A stretch of 64,000 nucleotides of DNA from an uncultured Chloroflexia bacterium (GCA_963797095.1 CAWCNY010000003.1:864001-928000); one strand, 5' to 3'. Positions 37,001 through 47,809 are shown, counted from the first letter of the stretch. Translations and numbers: made by a program. The notes: generated by a model from the letters alone, not told the origin.

Positions 37001-38095
37001 GAGCAGAAAGCCGAATGCGCGACCTCCATCCCGCCTACCAATGCCGACAATCTGGCCCGCATCGTTCAGCCCGACGTAGGGGATACCGGAGCAGCCCAGG
37101 TCTTCCCAACCGAGGTTGGGGTCGATCAGGTCCTTCAAGATCTTTACTTCGCCGTTCGACCAGATAAGATACGAATAGAAGCTTGGGGTACTTGGATTAG
37201 TTACATATCCCGCTATAAGCCCGGAATCGTTGATGCGCAACGATGATGGAAACCCATCTGTGTACATGCCAGGTGGCAATTCCAGAGGGGTCATTACCCC
37301 GTTCTGCCAGTGGAACGGCACTTTATCGGCGGGATCATAGTCTACGGTGGAGGAATATCCAACTATCTCCCCTGCGTTGTTGATGTCGAAAGCATAGGAA
37401 TTTATGCCGCCAAGCGTACCGAGGTTGGTCGCGGAGAGCGAGCCTGCGCTCCAGAGTGTGGCTGCTATATCATCGGGGCCGATGTCATAATAGCTAGCAC
37501 CCGCGATGTCACCCGCATCGTTTATCGCCCAGCCTTCGCTGAGGCAGTAGCCTCCATTCAAACCCGGTAGGTCAATGTATTGGCCGTCGTGAAGCAGGAA
37601 ACCACCACAGCCTACGAGGTCTTCACCTGGCTCCCCCACTATGTCCCCGTCGTCGTTGATCGCTTGCGGGACGAAGAACTGGCCGTCCGGTAGTTCGGGG
37701 AGCTCGCTTAAGGTGCCGTTGTCCCAGAGCATGCCCATATAAGTAGTATCAGGCAAGGTGATGTGACCTACTATCTGGCCGACGTTATTGAAGGCTACAG
37801 GCTCGAAAGTGTGGTCATCCGGATCAAGGTCGATGAATTCGCCGTTGCGCCAGAGGAAGGGGAAATCATCGGCAAGGTATCGATGGTAGACACCGATGAT
37901 CTCACCTTTGTTGTTGATCGCATAAGGGATTACATCTTCTCCGAGGTTAACGATGTCGTAAGGTGCGTTTGATGCCGCGTGCGCTACCGACCGGTCCGGC
38001 CCTGACCAGGGCTTGCTGAGAGAGAGGGGCAGTAGCGCCGACAGCAGCGCTACCAGGAGTGAAACCCTGCGAAAGAGCGAGCGAGACTTTTCCAT
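34019..38095 (-). CDS. Large secreted protein: HAF-type repeats, alpha/beta-hydrolase (lipase/acyltransferase-like), Thr/Pro linker, choice-of-anchor-A-like C-terminal domain
   Basis: Signal peptide; 'AIN..G.IVG' repeats; 'VLIVPG', 'NYDWR', nucleophile 'AHSTGG'; C-terminal 'EGRVAAGGN', 'LYNFP.A', 'GSLLAP.A'. Confidence 0.82.
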
Positions 38096-38261
38096 TTGAT
38101 CCTTCCTTTGGTGATTGCTTTGGGATAGCACCGGTTACCGGGCCAGCGCCGGTTACTGGTATATAACCTACCAAGCGTTCCCAGATCGTTCCCACGTCGT
38201 TGGGCCCGGGATGTTCTTCACCCCAAATCCCCCTATATAAATAGCGGGGGCATTCGAAGAA

Positions 38262-38294
38262 AGCCAAAATCGCGGCCAGGCCGCGATTTTGGCT
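38262..38294. terminator. Stem-loop terminator after the mscS-like gene
   Basis: AGCCAAAATCGCGGCC-A-GGCCGCGATTTTGGCT with T-rich flanks. Confidence 0.7.
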
Positions 38295-38328
38295 GTTTTA
38301 GGGGCAGATTGCACCCGCCTGGTCCGAA

Positions 38329-39333
38329 CTAAGGCTGGTGCGACCCTCCCAGGATGCTGTCTCCTGCGTTTTGTATATTCCCGGTTGGGATGGTGCCCGG
38401 CTTGCCCTCGTTGGGGTTGTAGTAAATGCGGGTGGTGGGGTAGGCGAAATCGATGTCGTCGTGTTCGGCGAACGCCCCAAGAATGTCCTCCCAGATGGCG
38501 TGCAGGGTGCTGCGGCGCGTCTTCGGCTCGCACAGGTAGCGCAGGGTGAGGAGGATGCCGTACTCCCTGGTGCTGGTGTAGATGGCGGGATCGGTGTCCA
38601 GGTTCTGGATGAAGAGCTTGCGTGCCGCGTCCTGCAACCGCTGCTGCGCCGCTTTCACTATGTGGGCCGAGTGTTTGTCGGCGATGCCTTGAAGGATCTG
38701 TTTGGCCTTAATCCAATCGCTCTCGAAGGTCACGACCACAGGCACTTCATTCCAGATGTAGTGGAAGGTGCGCCCGTAGTTGGCAAGCGGTTCGCGAAAT
38801 ACCCGGCTGTTGGGCACGTAGATGAGCCTGCCTGTGCTCTGGTCGGCGTCAACCCAGTTGCCGATCTCCATGATGAGAAACTGGAAAATCCTGATGTCGG
38901 CAACATCGCCCGCATGGTCGCCTATCTGTATCCTGTCGCCGATGCGGAACGGCCTGCGGGCCACTATGAAGAGCCATGCCGCGAAATCGAGCACCACCTC
39001 GCCGAGCGCCACCACCAAGCCCGCCGCCAGCAGGCCCAGGAAGGTGAGTATCGACTGGAAACCCTCGAACCAGAGTCGAGCCAGGATGAGCAGGCCGAGA
39101 AATACGACTACATAGAGCGAGCCTCGCCGCCACTGGTAGCGCGCCTGCGAGTTCTTGACGCCTCGATCCACTACCAGCAGAAGCATCAGGCGCAGGATAA
39201 GGAGCACCAGGATTACTACCAGTGTGGCGACCAGCTGGCCCTGCACGGTAGCATCTATTCCCAGCGTCTTATCCAACCACGCGCCGAAATCCTGCATCAG
39301 TACCGTAACCTTCGCTATCCTGGAGTGGCCCAA
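38329..39333 (-). CDS. MscS-family mechanosensitive channel
   Basis: 'RPFRIGDRIQIG...GDV.DI', 'VPNS', 'IDFAYPT'. Confidence 0.9.
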   Translation of the reverse strand: MGHSRIAKVTVLMQDFGAWLDKTLGIDATVQGQLVATLVVILVLLILRLMLLLVVDRGVKNSQARYQWRRGSLYVVVFLGLLILARLWFEGFQSILTFLGLLAAGLVVALGEVVLDFAAWLFIVARRPFRIGDRIQIGDHAGDVADIRIFQFLIMEIGNWVDADQSTGRLIYVPNSRVFREPLANYGRTFHYIWNEVPVVVTFESDWIKAKQILQGIADKHSAHIVKAAQQRLQDAARKLFIQNLDTDPAIYTSTREYGILLTLRYLCEPKTRRSTLHAIWEDILGAFAEHDDIDFAYPTTRIYYNPNEGKPGTIPTGNIQNAGDSILGGSHQP

Positions 39334-39381
39334 CCGAGACCAGTTTACAGGCTTGAGGATATGATTACAAGCCTGCTAAGC

Positions 39382-40365
39382 TCAGTCGGGGAGCGCGTTG
39401 TCGGAGGCGGGGCGAACGGCTGGGCGTGCAAGCTTTGTCCTCTGCCCAGGGCGGCGGATGATCACCAACCCGGCGAGCACGCAGGCCGCACCCAGCAGCT
39501 TGATGGGGCCGAAATCCTCGCTGAAAAGGAGCGCGGATAGTATGCCGCTCAGGATGGGTACGAGGAGCGAAAAGCTGGTGGCCGTGGCCGCACCGCGCCG
39601 AGCGATGGCCCAGTTCCAGAGCATGTAGGCCACGTAGACGGGCAGCACTACCATGTAGAGGATGCCCACCCAGCCCCAGAACGAGATCGCCCCCCACTGC
39701 TGGTCCAGGGCCGCTGGTGTTGAGACGGCCAGCAGCGGGATCGCGCCCGCCAGGAGGGCGTAGGCGGTGTACGTTTCGGGCGGGTAGTCGCGCACCAGCG
39801 GGCGGTTGACCAGCCCGTAGAGGGCGAAGGAGACCGCAGCGCCGAGGCTGAGGGCGTCGCCAAGCAGCGAGCCTGGGCTGCCCTGCTTATCCGACAGGAA
39901 GAGCACAACCCCCACGATACCCACCGCAAGGCCAATCCAGGCGAGGCGGGGCGGGTACTCGCCGCGCAGGGCGAGGAATACCATCGTGAAGAAGGGCACC
40001 ATCGCGATCAGAAGCGAGCTTGAGAAGGGTGAAGTGCGGTCGAGACCAAGCACAAAGCCCAACTGGTAGAGGGTGTAGCCAGTCAGCCCGGCCATGAGGA
40101 AGCGGGGCAGGTCGGCGCGGCGGATTGGGTGGAAGCGTCCGCGGCGGCGCGCCAACATTACGCCGAACGCCAGGGCGGTCATTAGGGCAAAGCGCACGAA
40201 GGCGAAAGCGAGAGGGGAAACCTCGGTGAAAGCGGCCTTGGTGACCACGAAGGTGGAGGCCCACATGCTGACCACGATGAACTGCGCCACTTCAGGCCCG
40301 AAGGCCGATAGGGAGGCCGGGGGAAGGCGCCTGGCCCCCGGCTTTTGCTCGATCAGGTTCGACAT
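39382..40365 (-). CDS. DMT/EamA-family transporter
   Basis: Two EamA repeats, ~10 TM. Confidence 0.88.
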   Translation of the reverse strand: MSNLIEQKPGARRLPPASLSAFGPEVAQFIVVSMWASTFVVTKAAFTEVSPLAFAFVRFALMTALAFGVMLARRRGRFHPIRRADLPRFLMAGLTGYTLYQLGFVLGLDRTSPFSSSLLIAMVPFFTMVFLALRGEYPPRLAWIGLAVGIVGVVLFLSDKQGSPGSLLGDALSLGAAVSFALYGLVNRPLVRDYPPETYTAYALLAGAIPLLAVSTPAALDQQWGAISFWGWVGILYMVVLPVYVAYMLWNWAIARRGAATATSFSLLVPILSGILSALLFSEDFGPIKLLGAACVLAGLVIIRRPGQRTKLARPAVRPASDNALPD

Positions 40366-40586
40366 TGAGTTAACATATCCCCTAAAGAAGAGTAATGAAC
40401 AGCCCTATTCTATTGTATCACGCGAACAGTTCGTGGGGGGCCGAAGTGTGCCAGCGATTTTGCCGGGGCAACTGCGTGCAATTGAGGCAGAACGCGTTTC
40501 TTGCATCCTGTTACGCGATCCGCAATAATCGATAATATCAGCATTTCGCGTTCCCCGTTCCGCAATCGAAAGAGACCCACCCTTTT

Positions 40587-42110
40587 ATGACCGTTCAAAC
40601 GCAGCCGACGCCTCTGGGAGAGAGATCACAGGTACAAGAGGTACAAAGCCCCACAAACGAGCAAGAACGGGCCGGAAAATGGGTTGTACTGGGAATCGTG
40701 GCAATTGGCGTGTTCATGGCAACCCTCAACTCGTCAATCGTCAACATCAGTCTCCCGACTATAGCCCTCTACTTCGGAATACCCCTGAGCGGGGCTATCG
40801 AGTGGGTGGTGATCGCGTACCTGATGGCGACCGCCGCTATCTTATTGACGGCGGGCCGGCTGGCCGATATGGTCGGCAAGAAGGCGGTGTGGGCTGCGGG
40901 GCTGGTGGTCTTCACGGGCGGGTCGGCGCTGTGCGGTGCCGCACCCACGCTCTGGTTCCTCATCGCGGCCCGCGCGGTGCAGGGGCTTGGCGGGGCGCTG
41001 CTGATGGCTGTGGCTCCGGCTATGCTCTCCACGGCGTTCCCGAAGGGGGAGCGTGGGCGCGCCCTCGGCCTCAACGCGGTGATCGTGTCACTCGGAATCT
41101 CGGTCGGGCCGACCCTCGGCGGCTTCATCACCGAATACTTCACGTGGCGCTGGATCTTCTACGTCAACTTGCCCGTTGGCATCGTGGGCCTTGCCCTGAC
41201 GCTGAAAGTACTTACAGAGCCGTTGCGGCGCGACCGGGGGCGCTTCGACCCGCTTGGCGCTGCTCTGCTCGCGGTGGGGCTTGCCTGCCTGACGGGGGCG
41301 CTATCGTTCGGAGAGGAACTGGGCTGGGCTTCGGTGCCGATCATGGTGAGCCTGGCGGTGGGCGTGGTGGCCCTGGCTGTTCTGCCCTTCATAGAGTTGC
41401 GGGTCCCAAACCCGATCATCGTGTTCACCATGCTGAGAAACCGCGTGTTCGCATCGGCCATAGTAAGCCTGGTGCTCAGCTTCCTGGCGCTGTTCGCCGT
41501 GAGCTTTATGATGCCGTTCTACCTGGAGGAACTGCATGGCTTCCAGACCGAGGAAGCGGGGCTGCTGCTCACGCCTCTGCCGATCATGCTGGCGCTGGTG
41601 GCCCCGCTGAGCGGTTTCCTGGCCGACCGCATAGGCACGCGCTGGCTGGCGGCGAGCGGGCTTACCGTCGGCTGCCTTGGGCTGGTGCTGATCAGCACGC
41701 TGGACGCGCATAGCTCTATATGGGACATCGTATGGCGGCTCGCGCTGATAGGAGTGGGGCAGGGGCTATTCCAATCGCCCAACAACAGCGCCCTGCTTGG
41801 CGCGGCCCCGCCCAAGCAGGAGGGGAGCGCATCGGGCTTCCTGGCGACCGCGCGCGTGATGGGACAGAGCCTGAGCATCGCGCTGGCGGGGGCGATCTTC
41901 ACCGGGCTGGGTGGCGCTTCCGCCGGGCAGGCGCTCGTGAGTATGCAGCAGGGAGCATCCACATCTCAAGGTGGGCCGGCAGGCGCGCAAGCCTTGCAAG
42001 ATACGTTCGTGAACAGTTTCCACGTGACTTTCCTGGTGTGCGCGGGAATTGCCGCTATAGGTATCTTCACGGCGCTTGTGCGCGGGCGAGAGAACACAGG
42101 GCGGGGCTAG
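40587..42110 (+). CDS. MFS DHA2 (EmrB/QacA-type) transporter
   Basis: 'SSIVNISLP', 'GRLADMVG', 'RAVQGLGG', 'WRWIFYVNLPVG'; 14 TM. Confidence 0.92.
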   Translation: MTVQTQPTPLGERSQVQEVQSPTNEQERAGKWVVLGIVAIGVFMATLNSSIVNISLPTIALYFGIPLSGAIEWVVIAYLMATAAILLTAGRLADMVGKKAVWAAGLVVFTGGSALCGAAPTLWFLIAARAVQGLGGALLMAVAPAMLSTAFPKGERGRALGLNAVIVSLGISVGPTLGGFITEYFTWRWIFYVNLPVGIVGLALTLKVLTEPLRRDRGRFDPLGAALLAVGLACLTGALSFGEELGWASVPIMVSLAVGVVALAVLPFIELRVPNPIIVFTMLRNRVFASAIVSLVLSFLALFAVSFMMPFYLEELHGFQTEEAGLLLTPLPIMLALVAPLSGFLADRIGTRWLAASGLTVGCLGLVLISTLDAHSSIWDIVWRLALIGVGQGLFQSPNNSALLGAAPPKQEGSASGFLATARVMGQSLSIALAGAIFTGLGGASAGQALVSMQQGASTSQGGPAGAQALQDTFVNSFHVTFLVCAGIAAIGIFTALVRGRENTGRG

Positions 42111-43072
42111 CCGAGCCTGGGCAGCAAGTCCTCGGCGTACTGGCGCAGCCCGTCTATATCCTCGGTGTGGTACCACTGGGACATGACCTCTTCCACCCCG
42201 GCCTCGATGTATGGTCTTATCTGGGCCGCGATCTCCTCGCCGTTGCCGATCAGGACGTGGCGTTCATCTCGCCAGAAGGCGATCTTCTCGTCGAACGATT
42301 TGCCCGCCACGCGCGGGCCGTTGAAGGGGGGCTTTTCGAGCCTGGCTTGCAGGGCTTCTCGCGTGCGCCCGAATATCGTCAACATCATGATCGAGCGCTT
42401 GACATCGGCGGGTTGGCGTCCCTCCTGGCGGAGCAAATCGTCCAGGTAGGTTGACATATCCCTGTAATGCTCAGCAGAGGGATTGACCGAGTTCCACTGC
42501 CCCGCGTAGCGGGCTACCAGGGGTAGGGTGCGTTTCGGGCCGCTGCCGCCGATCTGGATGGGCGGGCCACCCCTGCGATGCGGGCGCGGCAGGAGGATGG
42601 CGTCGCGCAATTGGAAGTAGCGGCCTTCGAAGCTGACCGGCTCGTCGCTGTTGAGGAGCAGGCTTGCCACCTGCGCGCCTTCCTCGAAGCGGTCCATGCG
42701 CTCCTTCATGCTCCCCAGGTGGTGGCCGAACACGGTGTGCTCGCGCTCCTGCCAGCCAGCGCCAAGCCCCAGCAGCATGCGCCCGCCGCTGAGGTCATCG
42801 AGGGCCGCAGCCTGGCGGGCCAGCATGGTCGGGTCGCGGAAGGAGAGGGGCGAGACCAGGGGGCCGAAGTGTACGCGCCGGGTGTGGTCGGCGAGATAGG
42901 CGAGCGACACCACCATCTCCAGCGAGTCCTTCTCGGGGGGTGAAGGGTTGGTGTAGTGGTCGGACCTGAAGAGGCCCGCGAAGCCAAGCGCCTCCACTTC
43001 CTCTACCAGCCTCTTCCATATAGGCCAGTTTACGCCGTCCTGCCCCTCGATCATTATTGAAAGCTCTGTCAT
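42107..43072 (-). CDS. LLM-class, probably F420-dependent oxidoreductase
   Basis: 'GF.GLFRSDH', 'LSGGR..LGLGAGW', 'PPIQIGGSG.KRTL.LVARYA'. Confidence 0.9.
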   Translation of the reverse strand: MTELSIMIEGQDGVNWPIWKRLVEEVEALGFAGLFRSDHYTNPSPPEKDSLEMVVSLAYLADHTRRVHFGPLVSPLSFRDPTMLARQAAALDDLSGGRMLLGLGAGWQEREHTVFGHHLGSMKERMDRFEEGAQVASLLLNSDEPVSFEGRYFQLRDAILLPRPHRRGGPPIQIGGSGPKRTLPLVARYAGQWNSVNPSAEHYRDMSTYLDDLLRQEGRQPADVKRSIMMLTIFGRTREALQARLEKPPFNGPRVAGKSFDEKIAFWRDERHVLIGNGEEIAAQIRPYIEAGVEEVMSQWYHTEDIDGLRQYAEDLLPRLG

Positions 43073-43235
43073 GTCAGCTTTTGCCCTCCCGTATCTTCTC
43101 TTGTGCTTTGTCAGATAAGTAGAATCTCCAACGGATGATAGCGGATGTGGCGCTGGCCGGGCAAGGCGGGCCGTACATGCCGGGCCTGTTCGTGCGCTTC
43201 CTCAAGTCCAAAACGAGGCGCACAGGCGCAGGGAA

Positions 43236-45215
43236 CTATTTACCCGGATACAGGTCGTTGTACCTGAAGGCGCCAAGCAGCGACAGCAGCACCTCGTTTG
43301 GTGTGCCCTTGTACTCAGGGTGGTACTCGAACACCGCTCGCTGGAAGTACTGTACACTGTACACCTTGCCATCGGTGGCCGACTTCTCCTCAAACTCGTT
43401 GGAGATGGGATAGCCCTGCTGCGCCAGCCCGCCATGCGCCTTCCAGTAATCGAGGAACCCCCCTGCTATCCACTTGCCCGTCTCCGGGAAAAGCATGGCA
43501 CCTGCCGGTGGGCTGTTGTTCTGGTATGGAGCACCTTCCGGTCCAGGGTACTTCTGCTTATAGGTGTAGTAGCCCAGGAGGGAGAGGAGCACGTCGTTGG
43601 GAGGGGCATTCTCAGGGTGGTACTCGAACACGGCTCGCTCGAAGTACTGCACAGTGTACACCTTACCGTTGAGATCGGAAACCTCGCCGAACATGTCGGA
43701 GATGGGATAACCCTGTTGGGCGAGCCCGCCATGGGTGTTCCAGTAGTCGAGGAAGATACCTCTGACGGTCTTGCCTGTTTGGGGGAAGAAGCGGCTATCC
43801 AAGCCAGGGATGTCGGCGGGTGGGTAGATGGGTGCCGAGGTGGGTGCTGAGGTGGGTAGTGGTGGTGAAGTTGCGGTCTGCGTGGCAGGTGGAGTGGTAG
43901 TGGCAGTGTCAGTGGACGCGGTAGTGGGAGTAGAGTTGGCAGTGGGCGTGGGCGTAGGAGTGGCGGGACACGGGTTCAACCGCAACACGAGTTCCTGGAA
44001 CGAAGTATCGCTCCCAGTGTCCCCGACGGCCCACACATCGTTGGCCGAATCGGCTGACACTCCGTACAGCTCGTTTGTATCAGTCCCTCGATTAGGGCTG
44101 GACACCTCACTCCAATGGGAGCCGTCCCAGTGCTCCACAAGTGTCTGGCCCGAGGTGCCGTTATAGTAATAACCCACAGCCCACACGTCGTTAGCCGATA
44201 CTGCCGATACAGCGTAGAGAATCCCCACTGGATCAGGGTTGGGAAAGTCTACGCTCCATTGAGAGCCATCCCAGTGCTCTGTCAGGGCGCTGGCTGAGGT
44301 GCTGCCATAGTAATAACCCACAGCCCACACATCGTTGGCCGATATTGCAGTCACGCCAGTCAGAACGTTCTTACCAGCCTCCAAAGAAAAACTGGGCACT
44401 ATGCTCCATTGAGAGCCATCCCAGTGCTCTATCAACGTCTCAGAGCTCTCAGGCATCCGAGATTCACCCACAGCCCATACGTCGTTGGCCGATGAGGCAG
44501 CTACGCCATAAAGGATATTGTCGTTCGTACCTCTATTGGGGCTGGGCACTATGCTCCATTGAGAGCCATCCCAGTGCTCTAGCAAGGTCTGAAGTGTGGT
44601 GCCGTTATGGTACTGACCCACAGCCCACACATCATCTGCTGATGAGGCAGCTACTCCGGCAAGTTCATTGTCAACGGGTTGCACTGATGTGTCGGCATTA
44701 GGGCTGGGCACTATGCTCCATTGAGAGCCATCCCAGTGCTCTATCAACGTGTGAGGGCCACTAGGCGGCTGGTAATAACCCACAGCCCACACGTCGTTAG
44801 CCGATACAGCCGACACAGCGGACAATTTGATGCCAGTATTAGGGCTGGGCACTATGCTCCATTGAGAGCCATCCCAGTGCTCTATTAGCGTTTGGAACAT
44901 ATCCGACAGGCTATAACCCACAGCCCACACGTCATCAGGAGCGAGTGCCGACAAGGCGTTAAGCTGAGAGTTACCCGGTGGGGCTGATGTATTGAGGATT
45001 TGCCAATCGGGGCTGCATCCTTCCGTGGTTCTCTGGACCGCCGAAGCAGCCGAAACAGCCGAAGCAGCCGAAACAGTTGTGCCAGCGGCGGACATGCTCC
45101 CTTGCTGAGATAGCTCGGCCTCTGCATTGCTTGAGGCAGACGCCGCGAAGAGAATGAGCATTGCCAGTATCGATACCGGTATGAGAGCTATCAATCGTCG
45201 TGAATTAGTTGCCAT
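43236..45215 (-). CDS. Secreted HWDG-repeat propeller protein with C-terminal YFERA domains
   Basis: Signal peptide; 7 'DVWAVG..EHWDG' repeats; Thr/Pro linker; 2 'GGLAQQGYP..QYFERA' domains. Confidence 0.85.
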   Translation of the reverse strand: MATNSRRLIALIPVSILAMLILFAASASSNAEAELSQQGSMSAAGTTVSAASAVSAASAVQRTTEGCSPDWQILNTSAPPGNSQLNALSALAPDDVWAVGYSLSDMFQTLIEHWDGSQWSIVPSPNTGIKLSAVSAVSANDVWAVGYYQPPSGPHTLIEHWDGSQWSIVPSPNADTSVQPVDNELAGVAASSADDVWAVGQYHNGTTLQTLLEHWDGSQWSIVPSPNRGTNDNILYGVAASSANDVWAVGESRMPESSETLIEHWDGSQWSIVPSFSLEAGKNVLTGVTAISANDVWAVGYYYGSTSASALTEHWDGSQWSVDFPNPDPVGILYAVSAVSANDVWAVGYYYNGTSGQTLVEHWDGSHWSEVSSPNRGTDTNELYGVSADSANDVWAVGDTGSDTSFQELVLRLNPCPATPTPTPTANSTPTTASTDTATTTPPATQTATSPPLPTSAPTSAPIYPPADIPGLDSRFFPQTGKTVRGIFLDYWNTHGGLAQQGYPISDMFGEVSDLNGKVYTVQYFERAVFEYHPENAPPNDVLLSLLGYYTYKQKYPGPEGAPYQNNSPPAGAMLFPETGKWIAGGFLDYWKAHGGLAQQGYPISNEFEEKSATDGKVYSVQYFQRAVFEYHPEYKGTPNEVLLSLLGAFRYNDLYPGK

Positions 45216-45377
45216 CCCCCATGCTCCTTTCCCTTTTCCATCACCCCATCAAGTTATGTTGGTGTCCAGGGGCGATAAGCGTAGGCTTTCACCGAACCGC
45301 CGTAGTTATGCCTGTACCGGAATAACCCTAACTGCGGCGGACCCTAGCGCGGTGCCGGGCGCAGGTTAGCACTGTCT

Positions 45378-47318
45378 CTATTTACCCGGATACAGGTCGT
45401 TGTACCTGAAGGCGCCAAGCAGCGACAGCAGCACCTCGTTTGGTGTGCCCTTGTACTCAGGGTGGTACTCGAACACCGCTCGCTGGAAGTACTGTACACT
45501 GTACACCTTGCCATCGGTGGCCGACTTCTCCTCAAACTCGTTGGAGATGGGATAGCCCTGCTGCGCCAGCCCGCCATGTGATTTCCAGTAATCGAGGAAC
45601 CCCCCTGCTATCCACTTGCCCGTCTCCGGGAAAAGCATGGCACCTGCCGGTGGGCTGTTGTTCTGGTATGGAGCACCTTCCGGTCCAGGGTACTTCTGCT
45701 TGTAGGTGTAGTAGCCCAGGAGGGAGAGGAGCACGTCATTGGGAGGGGCATTCTCAGGGTGGTACTCGAACACGGCTCGCTCGAAGTACTGCACAGTGTA
45801 CACTTGTCCGTTGAGATCGGAAACCTCGCCGAACATGTCGGAGATGGGATAACCCTGTTGGGCGAGCCCGCCATGGGTGTTCCAGTAGTCGAGGAAGATA
45901 CCTCTGACGGTCTTGCCTGTTTGGGGGAAGAAGCGGCTATCCAAGCCAGGGATGTCGGCGGGTGGGTAGGTGGGTGCCGAGGCCGGTGTCTGTGCCGGTG
46001 CCGGCGGTACGCTCTGCGTGGCGGGTGGGGGGAGAGGGGAGGTGGGGGTGGGAGTGGAAGTGGACGTGGAAGTGGACGCGGAGGTGGGAGTGGAGGTGGG
46101 AGTAGCAGTAGGGACGCAAGGGTTGTATCGCTCCACCAGCGTCAGGTCTGCGGTGCCGTTGGAGTAATAACCAACAGCCCACACACCGTTGGCGGATGTT
46201 GCTGCCACTCCAACGAGGTTGTTGCCATGAGTACTCCCATTGGGGCTATAGACTATGCCCCATGAGTTGCCGTCCCAGTGTTCCACCAGCGTCTGGTATG
46301 AGGTGCCGTTCTCGTAATAACCAACAGCCCACATATCGTTGGCGGATGTTGCTGCCACTCCAGCGAGGTTGTTCCCCCCCGTGCCGGCATTGGGGCTATT
46401 GACCACACTCCATGAGTTGCCGTCCCAATGCTCCACCAGCGTCTGGTGTATGTCGCCGTTGGAGTAATCCCCCACAGCCCACACATCGTTGGCGGATATT
46501 GCTGCTACTCCAACGAGGTTGTTGTCGTGTGTACCCACATTGGGACTATTGGCCACACTCCATGAGTTGCCGTCCCAGTGTTCCACCAGCGTCTGCGATG
46601 TGGTGCCGTTGCCGTTATCGTAATAACCAACAGCCCATACATCGTTGGCCGATATTGCTGCTACTCCATAGAGGTAGTTGTCGTGTGTACCCGTATTGGG
46701 GCTATTGGCCACACTCCATGAGTTGCCGTCCCAGTGTTCCACCAGCGTCAAGAATGCAGGGCCGTTATCGTAAAAGCCCACGGCCCACACATCGTTGGCG
46801 GATATTGCTGCTACTCTAGAGAGGAAGCTACTGTGAGTGCCCACACTAGGGCTATGGACGATAGCCCAAGCAGTGCCGTCCCAGTGTTCCACCAGCGTCT
46901 GGTATGAGGTGCCGTTATCGTAATAACCAACAGCCCACATATCGTTGGCGGATATTGCTGCTACTCCAATAAAGTTGTTCCCCCCCGTGCCGGCATTGGG
47001 GCTATTGACCACACTCCATGAGTTGCCGTCCCAATGCTCCACCAGCGTCTGGTGTATGTCGCCGTTGGAGTAATCCCCCACAGCCCACACATCGTTGGCG
47101 GATATTGCTGCCACTGCAGGGAGCTCGTTATGCTCCGTGTCCGCATTGGGGCTTGAGATCACGCTCCAGTTGGGGCCACAGAGCGGAGCAACTGGAGTAG
47201 TAGCCCCTATGGCAGGCACCGCCACGACCAGTGTCCACACGCCAGTGGCTGCTATACACAGGACAAACAGGGTGATGAAGGCAAGACTTGCATGCTCTGT
47301 CACGGCCTGTGATCTCAT
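45378..47318 (-). CDS. Paralogous secreted HWDG-repeat protein with C-terminal YFERA domains
   Basis: GGAGG RBS before ATG 47318; same architecture; 3' ~600 bp nearly identical to 43236-43840. Confidence 0.85.
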   Translation of the reverse strand: MRSQAVTEHASLAFITLFVLCIAATGVWTLVVAVPAIGATTPVAPLCGPNWSVISSPNADTEHNELPAVAAISANDVWAVGDYSNGDIHQTLVEHWDGNSWSVVNSPNAGTGGNNFIGVAAISANDMWAVGYYDNGTSYQTLVEHWDGTAWAIVHSPSVGTHSSFLSRVAAISANDVWAVGFYDNGPAFLTLVEHWDGNSWSVANSPNTGTHDNYLYGVAAISANDVWAVGYYDNGNGTTSQTLVEHWDGNSWSVANSPNVGTHDNNLVGVAAISANDVWAVGDYSNGDIHQTLVEHWDGNSWSVVNSPNAGTGGNNLAGVAATSANDMWAVGYYENGTSYQTLVEHWDGNSWGIVYSPNGSTHGNNLVGVAATSANGVWAVGYYSNGTADLTLVERYNPCVPTATPTSTPTSASTSTSTSTPTPTSPLPPPATQSVPPAPAQTPASAPTYPPADIPGLDSRFFPQTGKTVRGIFLDYWNTHGGLAQQGYPISDMFGEVSDLNGQVYTVQYFERAVFEYHPENAPPNDVLLSLLGYYTYKQKYPGPEGAPYQNNSPPAGAMLFPETGKWIAGGFLDYWKSHGGLAQQGYPISNEFEEKSATDGKVYSVQYFQRAVFEYHPEYKGTPNEVLLSLLGAFRYNDLYPGK

Positions 47319-47624
47319 TTCCGAATCCCTCCCTGTTATTCTTGGCCCTAGCTTCGCATCTCCAGGATCGAAGCGTTTCAGCGAACACGATCGCGAGACG
47401 AGGCAAGGCAAGTGAGAGCTATCAATCGTCGTGAATCAGTTGCCATCCCCATGCTCCTTCCCCGTTTTGGGCCTACATCGATTAAGTTGACACCAGATTC
47501 GATTCGAAATCTCTCTTTTCGAAAGTTTCTGGGCTGGCACAGCCGAGGGCCGGGTGCCTCCACTGTGCATTGTATCACACCTCCACGTATTGAAAGATAG
47601 ACCGGTGACTGTTCCCGCTTCGCC

Positions 47625-47655
47625 AGTAGCGAGTAGCGAGTAGCGAGTAGCGAGT
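47625..47655. repeat. Heptamer tandem repeat (AGTAGCG) x4
   Basis: Intergenic perfect copies. Confidence 0.85.
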
Positions 47656-47809
47656 TGTAAATACCAGTAGTGCATTGAGCCTTGAGATTAGCCCGGCAGC
47701 TGTCCATTACAGTGTTGTGATATTATGACTGAGAGTCAGGGCCGTCCCGTCCTCGCAAGTTAGTTCCCAATGCAGATCATGGGTGCTACATAACAGGAGT
47801 TGCATTGTA

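Noticed and set aside
43236-45982. Diversity-generating retroelement template/variable repeat pair
   Set aside because: Both copies are coding, the few differences are not clearly adenine-specific and there is no reverse transcriptase
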